Shown: one piece after another, positions 18,358 to 32,000 of the stretch
Layout of the letters: each line of letters opens with the position of its first letter
Numbering within the stretch: position 1 is the first letter of the stretch
NCBI RefSeq assembly: GCF_000283555.1
Contig: NC_016012.1
Location: 240,001-272,000, forward strand
Source of the DNA: Candidatus Arthromitus sp. SFB-rat-Yit
GTDB lineage: Bacteria > Bacillota > Clostridia > Clostridiales > Clostridiaceae
Length of the DNA: 32,000 bases
Reading direction: 5' to 3'
Notes under the pieces: model-generated
Seen by the model: the letters and a program-made list of their open reading frames with translations, nothing else
Databases searched by the model: none
Told to the model about the DNA's origin: nothing
Position numbers and translations under genes: made by a program

Positions 18358-19686
18358 ATGGAGGAGATTAGATATAAGTATAATAAGTACATAGATAATG
18401 AATTGAAAAATAAAATTTCAAATTTAAAGGTGGATGCTTTTGATTTCAAAGATATTAAGTTTACCTATAATATAAGAATATATACGGTGTTTGAAAAACT
18501 TTCTGAGATTTTACCTTATGAAGAAGAAGGAATTGAATTTTTGGACAAAATGATAGGTTATATCAAGAGTTTAGATTTGAATTCCGTCGTTAAATTATGT
18601 GATGATTATGAGTTTAGATTTTTTAAACTCTATGATTATTTAATTGATAATTTAAATCAAAATTTTTTAAATCAAGCTTTATTTAATCTATTTAGAGATG
18701 TTTTATTAAACACTAAAACTATCAATGGCGTAAATTTATCTTTATTTATTTTAAGCATTTTTAATCCTGAAGGATTGTATGAAATATGTTTTAATGATAT
18801 ACAAAGCAATATAGATTATTTAGAAATCGTACCATTTTTAGCATCAGATAAGAATTACTTTACTAATGAATATTTTTTTGCACTTAATTGTTTTTATCAA
18901 GGTAAAAATATAAACTATATTTTAGGTGAATTTAAAAAAAATAATATTAAAAGTTTAAATGTGCTATTATTTGTATTTTATTTATATGGTAATGATTTTC
19001 ATGATTTTAACAACAAGAATTTAATTGATTTTAACGTTTTAAATTATTTAAGACTTATAAGATATAAGTTAAATTTGAATTTTAAGAAGAGTATTTGTGT
19101 AAATAGAGATAGATATTTTAAAATATTTAAAAGGGTTGAGTCTTCTATAGAAAGTTTTAAATATTTGATAAGAGATAAAGATATTTATCATGATATTAAA
19201 TATATACATATTTATTTAAAATTGTTTGGGAAAGAAAGTAATATTTTAAATAGTGATGTTCAAAATTTTATAAAAAGAGAACTTATAGATGGAATTGAAA
19301 GTTTTGATGTTAAAAAATGCAAGTATATATTTGAAATATATAACATTCTAGATATAAATATTTTGAATGTTATCGGAGATTTGTTTATTAAATATTATGA
19401 AAATCTTAGATTCGTTAATTTAATATTTAGAGTGATTATAGAATATAAGTATGCAATGCATGTGATTAAATATTTTGAAGATACATTTTATATAAGTAAA
19501 TTAATAAGAGATACAAAAAGTATTACAACTGTATTAAGAGCACTAATTTTGATATACGAAAAAAATGTGGTGGATGGTGAGACGGGATTAAAAATTATAA
19601 AAAGCTTGATTGTTGATAAGTATTTATATGTTAAATACAATGAATACATAAAATACTTTGTTATTAAGGTTATAGAAAGTAGGTAA
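18358..19686 (+). CDS. Hypothetical protein (442 aa, predicted helical)
   Basis: Long ORF, no recognised motif, tightly spaced with the next ORF. Confidence 0.8.
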   Translation: MEEIRYKYNKYIDNELKNKISNLKVDAFDFKDIKFTYNIRIYTVFEKLSEILPYEEEGIEFLDKMIGYIKSLDLNSVVKLCDDYEFRFFKLYDYLIDNLNQNFLNQALFNLFRDVLLNTKTINGVNLSLFILSIFNPEGLYEICFNDIQSNIDYLEIVPFLASDKNYFTNEYFFALNCFYQGKNINYILGEFKKNNIKSLNVLLFVFYLYGNDFHDFNNKNLIDFNVLNYLRLIRYKLNLNFKKSICVNRDRYFKIFKRVESSIESFKYLIRDKDIYHDIKYIHIYLKLFGKESNILNSDVQNFIKRELIDGIESFDVKKCKYIFEIYNILDINILNVIGDLFIKYYENLRFVNLIFRVIIEYKYAMHVIKYFEDTFYISKLIRDTKSITTVLRALILIYEKNVVDGETGLKIIKSLIVDKYLYVKYNEYIKYFVIKVIESR

Positions 19687-19689
19687 TAT

Positions 19690-22416
19690 ATGTCATATAT
19701 AGGGTATTCTGATAAATTACCTGTATTTACAAAAATAATCTCTTTAATTAGTAAAGACAAAGAAAGTGATACTTTAAATAATAGAAATTACTCTAAATAT
19801 TACAATAAAATCTGCGATTATTTGAACTTAAAGATACATGAAAATGATTTAATCTACTTTATACAATCGAATAAATTTCCAATTATTAAAACGGAATTGT
19901 TAATTTATAATTTAAACAATTTAATAAAGAAAAATATAGAGAATAAGCAAAGATTACATAAATTTATTTCAAATAATATTCATTTATTTAGCCAAAATGA
20001 AATTTTATCCATCATAGCTTTATTATTTGACGATTTTCTGGAATATTATGAATCTTGTATTTTTGCTAGTAATAATTTTTATATTTCATTATTTGGTATT
20101 TTTGTTTCTTCAAATGACGATGAATTTTTACATTCGATAAGTGTTATTTTAAAAGATACTGTAATGCAAGCAAATGAATTTTATTTTTTGATTTTATTTT
20201 TATCAGAGGTTGTTGATTTTGCTATTTATCATAAGTATTTGAAGTTTTTTGTTGACTATTATTTATTTTACAGAGAATCGAAATTACAAAATAATAATCA
20301 TTTATGTGTAGTTATATACGAAATCTTTAGAATAGATTGTTTTTTTTCATCTATGTGGGAAGTTGAGCGTAAGAAATTAGTAAAAAATAGAGATTTCGTA
20401 GTAAATTTATTAAATCTATTAATTTTATATCATCAAGAATCTGCTTATGATATTTTAACTAAGCATGGTATGGATTGTATTGAAGAGTATTTTGAATTAA
20501 TGTATCAATTATTGATTTGTTTGTTTGAATTTGAAGTTGATGAATCAGAATATAAGATTTCTTTAAATATTTATGAGTATATTATACTTGATTACTTAGA
20601 GTTTGATAGTGAATCAATTAAAAGGCTGAAAAATATTTTATTTTCTATATTATCTCAATGCTTAAATAATACATCTATATATTGTCGAGAAAAACTAGAT
20701 ATATATGATTATAATAAAAAAGTTATTTTATTTTATTTACTTAAAAAAGATTATATTTCTCTATTTGAAGAAGTGATTAAACTTGAATCAGTTAGTTATG
20801 AGTTTATGATTACTGTTTTAAAACTTATTTTTTCTGAAACACATGATAATCGATTAGCTTATTTATTGAGATTCAATAATCTTTTACTTAATAATAAAAG
20901 ATTATTGAATAATAATGAAGTTAATAATGTTTTTAATTATATTTTATGGATATTGAATGATATTTTAAAATCAGATAATGATATTAAAAAAATGTCGCCG
21001 ATTATACTAACAGTTTTTAAATATTCAACTTTCACAAATGATAATATCTATGAATTAATAAATAAAATATTTGACATTAAATTTAAAATTGAAAATTACT
21101 TACCATTTGAGGGTAAATCATTTTTGGATAAATTGATAGAAAATGATGGGGTAACTTATCGTAGACTTGATAGGGAATATATATATATTAAAAATATATT
21201 TATTAGGTATAGTAATGAGGTTTTAAATGAAAGAGATAAGCTTATATCTTATTTGGAGAATTATCTTTTATGTAAAAATGAAAAAAGTAAAGAGTATAGA
21301 ATTAAATATTATGAATATATATTAAATTTAAAATATTTTGATTTATATAAATTTGAAGTTAGAAATTATTTTAGTTATAAGAAACATATATATGGAAAAC
21401 TGAAAAGTGAGATTGATTTTTTAATTTATGATTCTGCTAATGAAGAAGGACTTAAATTAGGTATTATATTATCCTTGTTATTTAAATGTAAAAAATATTT
21501 TCATGTATATGGTAAAATAATAAATAAGGTAAATTGGGGAGATATTTATTATGAGATATATAATATTTATGGAAATAAAATATTAAAGCTTGATGAGCTT
21601 GAAAATCATAGCTGTTATATTTTTAGAGTTAAATTTAAATTAAGGTCGATTTATGGAGATAAGAGATTTAAAAACCTTAAAATAAGGAATTCCATTATAA
21701 AAGATATAGTATTTGAAGATTTAAAAACATTTACTGGGAAACTCAATTCTTACTTATTTATATATAGTATAATTTTTTCTAATTATTATTCTGATAAAAC
21801 AAGTAGTATAAATATATTGACGCTGAATTTAAGGAGTATAGTTAAACTTATAAATGAAGATTTAAATAATGAGATAATATTTGATAGTTATATATATTAT
21901 AAATTTATGTTTTATATTTCCATGTATTGTCATAATATTGTATCTTACACTCAAATACAAACATTAGATTATATAAAAGAAAATCTTAAAAATAAATTTT
22001 CGGATATGAATAGTTGTATAGAATTTAAAGAAATCGAAATTAACAATAAAATAAAAACAAGTCGACATATAAGTATGGAATACGAAAAGATTATATCTTT
22101 TATAGATATAATTATAAATGGAGTAAAGACAAGCGAATATTATAATGAAATTTTCTACACAGAAGATATAGATTTGATTACAAGCATATTAAATTCTGAA
22201 ACAAAGTTTTATAATAAAGAAATGGAACTAATTTATAGATATATAAAAATTACAAATTTTAATACTTTAAATGATATATATTTATATAGTTTAAATAAAC
22301 CTATTATAGCTAAAGTGTTTATCAAATTATTAAATAATTACCCAAAAGTGTTACGGAAAACACTAAATAGTGATAAAAATTTTTCTATTTATAAGAAAAT
22401 AGTAGAAATTATATAA
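19690..22416 (+). CDS. Hypothetical protein (908 aa, predicted helical repeats)
   Basis: Long ORF with its ATG 3 nt after the previous stop; no signal peptide, P-loop or recognised catalytic motif. Confidence 0.82.
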   Translation: MSYIGYSDKLPVFTKIISLISKDKESDTLNNRNYSKYYNKICDYLNLKIHENDLIYFIQSNKFPIIKTELLIYNLNNLIKKNIENKQRLHKFISNNIHLFSQNEILSIIALLFDDFLEYYESCIFASNNFYISLFGIFVSSNDDEFLHSISVILKDTVMQANEFYFLILFLSEVVDFAIYHKYLKFFVDYYLFYRESKLQNNNHLCVVIYEIFRIDCFFSSMWEVERKKLVKNRDFVVNLLNLLILYHQESAYDILTKHGMDCIEEYFELMYQLLICLFEFEVDESEYKISLNIYEYIILDYLEFDSESIKRLKNILFSILSQCLNNTSIYCREKLDIYDYNKKVILFYLLKKDYISLFEEVIKLESVSYEFMITVLKLIFSETHDNRLAYLLRFNNLLLNNKRLLNNNEVNNVFNYILWILNDILKSDNDIKKMSPIILTVFKYSTFTNDNIYELINKIFDIKFKIENYLPFEGKSFLDKLIENDGVTYRRLDREYIYIKNIFIRYSNEVLNERDKLISYLENYLLCKNEKSKEYRIKYYEYILNLKYFDLYKFEVRNYFSYKKHIYGKLKSEIDFLIYDSANEEGLKLGIILSLLFKCKKYFHVYGKIINKVNWGDIYYEIYNIYGNKILKLDELENHSCYIFRVKFKLRSIYGDKRFKNLKIRNSIIKDIVFEDLKTFTGKLNSYLFIYSIIFSNYYSDKTSSINILTLNLRSIVKLINEDLNNEIIFDSYIYYKFMFYISMYCHNIVSYTQIQTLDYIKENLKNKFSDMNSCIEFKEIEINNKIKTSRHISMEYEKIISFIDIIINGVKTSEYYNEIFYTEDIDLITSILNSETKFYNKEMELIYRYIKITNFNTLNDIYLYSLNKPIIAKVFIKLLNNYPKVLRKTLNSDKNFSIYKKIVEII

Positions 22417-22431
22417 AGTATAATTTCTACT
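22401..22431 (+). terminator. 13-bp perfect inverted repeat with the ORF stop codon in its loop
   Basis: AGTAGAAATTATA-taaag-TATAATTTCTACT. Confidence 0.6.
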
Positions 22432-22461
22432 AAAAATTTTCAAAAGAATTTTAAAAAGATA

Positions 22462-22490
22462 TTGACCTATTTAATTAAATCTGATATACT
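22462..22490 (+). promoter_or_regulatory. rRNA operon promoter (sigma-A type)
   Basis: TTGACC-17 nt-TATACT, about 105 nt upstream of the mature 16S. Confidence 0.75.
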
Positions 22491-22596
22491 TATGGAAGTA
22501 GAGTAGAAATAAATAAATTCAAAGAAGATAGATCATTGACAATTGAATAGGGAAGAGGAAACGAGAAAGTCAACGTTAATTTTGAGAGAATGAGAG

Positions 22597-24122
<1,526 letters not shown>

Positions 24123-24179
24123 AATGAAAGAGAGAACTTTTCCCTATTCAATTGTCAATGATCTATCTTCTTTAATAAT

Positions 24180-24254
24180 TGGCTCCGCGGAGAGGACTCG
24201 AACCTCCAACCTATCGGTTAACAGCCGAGTGCTCCACCATTGAGCTACCGCGGA
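24180..24254 (-). tRNA. tRNA-Asn (GTT), inverted relative to the rRNAs
   Basis: Exact reverse complement of the tRNA at 27563..27637. Confidence 0.93.
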
Positions 24255-24259
24255 ACAAA

Positions 24260-24374
24260 CTGGCAATGACTTACTCTTCCATAGGGGTAACCCTAAAGTA
24301 CCATCAGCACAGTGTAGCTTAACCTTCCTGTTCGGTATGGATAGGGGTGTTACCTACACGTTATAATCACCAGA
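24260..24374 (-). rRNA. 5S ribosomal RNA, inverted within the 16S-23S spacer
   Basis: Reverse complement gives TCTGGTGATTATAACGTGTAGG...CATACCGAACAGG...GTCATTGCCAG. Confidence 0.93.
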
Positions 24375-24491
24375 TACTGAGAAATATTTTAATCTCTCAA
24401 AATTGTATATAAATAGTAAATAATGCGAAAGGTAGCAAGTTAAATTATTAGCAATAGTAATTTAAGAGCTGGAAAAAATATATAACAAATA

Positions 24492-27383
<2,892 letters not shown>

Positions 27384-27442
27384 AAATACTTAGCAAGTTA
27401 TTATTTATATACAATTTTGAGAGATTAAAATATTTCTCAGTA

Positions 27443-27557
27443 TCTGGTGATTATAACGTGTAGGTAACACCCCTATCCATACCGAACAGGAAGGTTAAGC
27501 TACACTGTGCTGATGGTACTTTAGGGTTACCCCTATGGAAGAGTAAGTCATTGCCAG
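27443..27557 (+). rRNA. 5S ribosomal RNA
   Basis: TCTGGTGATTATAACG...CCATACCGAACAGG...GTCATTGCCAG, about 115 nt. Confidence 0.93.
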
Positions 27558-27562
27558 TTTGT

Positions 27563-27637
27563 TCCGCGGTAGCTCAATGGTGGAGCACTCGGCTGTTAAC
27601 CGATAGGTTGGAGGTTCGAGTCCTCTCCGCGGAGCCA
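27563..27637 (+). tRNA. tRNA-Asn (anticodon GTT), CCA encoded
   Basis: TCCGCGG acceptor, CTGTTAA anticodon loop, GGTTCGAGTCC T-arm, GCCA end. Confidence 0.96.
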
Positions 27638-27719
27638 ATTATTAAAGAAGATAGATCATTGACAATTGAATAGGGAAGAGGAAACGAGAAAGTCAACGTT
27701 AATTTTGAGAGAATGAGAG

Positions 27720-32000
<4,281 letters not shown>

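Larger units (their letters stand above)
24140..24415 (-). repeat. 276-nt inverted copy of the 23S-downstream 5S/tRNA-Asn segment (27402..27677)
   Basis: Read against 27402..27677 (coordinate sum 51817), the reverse complement matches without mismatch; it stops matching at 24139 and 24416. Confidence 0.93.

Noticed and set aside
22536-22564. Second rRNA promoter starting at TTGACA in the 16S leader.
   Set aside because: The hexamer at 17-nt spacing is AAACGA, a poor -10; the TTGACA lies within the processing-stem arm.
24180-24374. Inverted tRNA/5S as a hallmark of a mobile element insertion.
   Set aside because: No transposase, terminal repeats of an IS or target duplication; the block is fully explained as a reverse copy of 27402..27677.

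Overview
This is a low-GC Firmicutes window, about 27% GC by eye outside the rRNA. Gene content, codon usage and 16S character suggest segmented filamentous bacteria ('Candidatus Arthromitus/Savagella'); that assignment is an inference. The first 22.4 kb is mostly housekeeping: a pepP-like M24 peptidase end, lgt, an S1-domain protein, an M20 pepD-like dipeptidase, a rhomboid-like protein, TspO, an amidohydrolase, acyltransferase-3, rmuC, polA, coaE, a lytic transglycosylase, tRNA-Leu(GAG) and manA. Interspersed are two paralogous secreted proteins and three large orphan helical proteins. The rest is a head-to-tail rRNA array: 16S-spacer-23S-5S-tRNA-Asn-16S-spacer-23S, cut by the right edge. 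The three strongest leads are as follows. (1) A secreted protein carries 12 'TQT' motifs in exact 10-residue register, resembling eukaryotic multivalent dynein-light-chain (LC8) ligands, and shares a 22/24-nt promoter-proximal element with its neighbour. (2) The first 16S-23S spacer is replaced by a 276-nt inverted copy of the 5S-tRNA-Asn segment, with junctions at rRNA processing-stem sequences; this is either an unusual rearrangement or an assembly artefact. (3) A 557-aa protein looks like a degenerate nSTAND3-type NTPase that has lost its Walker A motif. No CRISPR array, transposase or prophage was seen.
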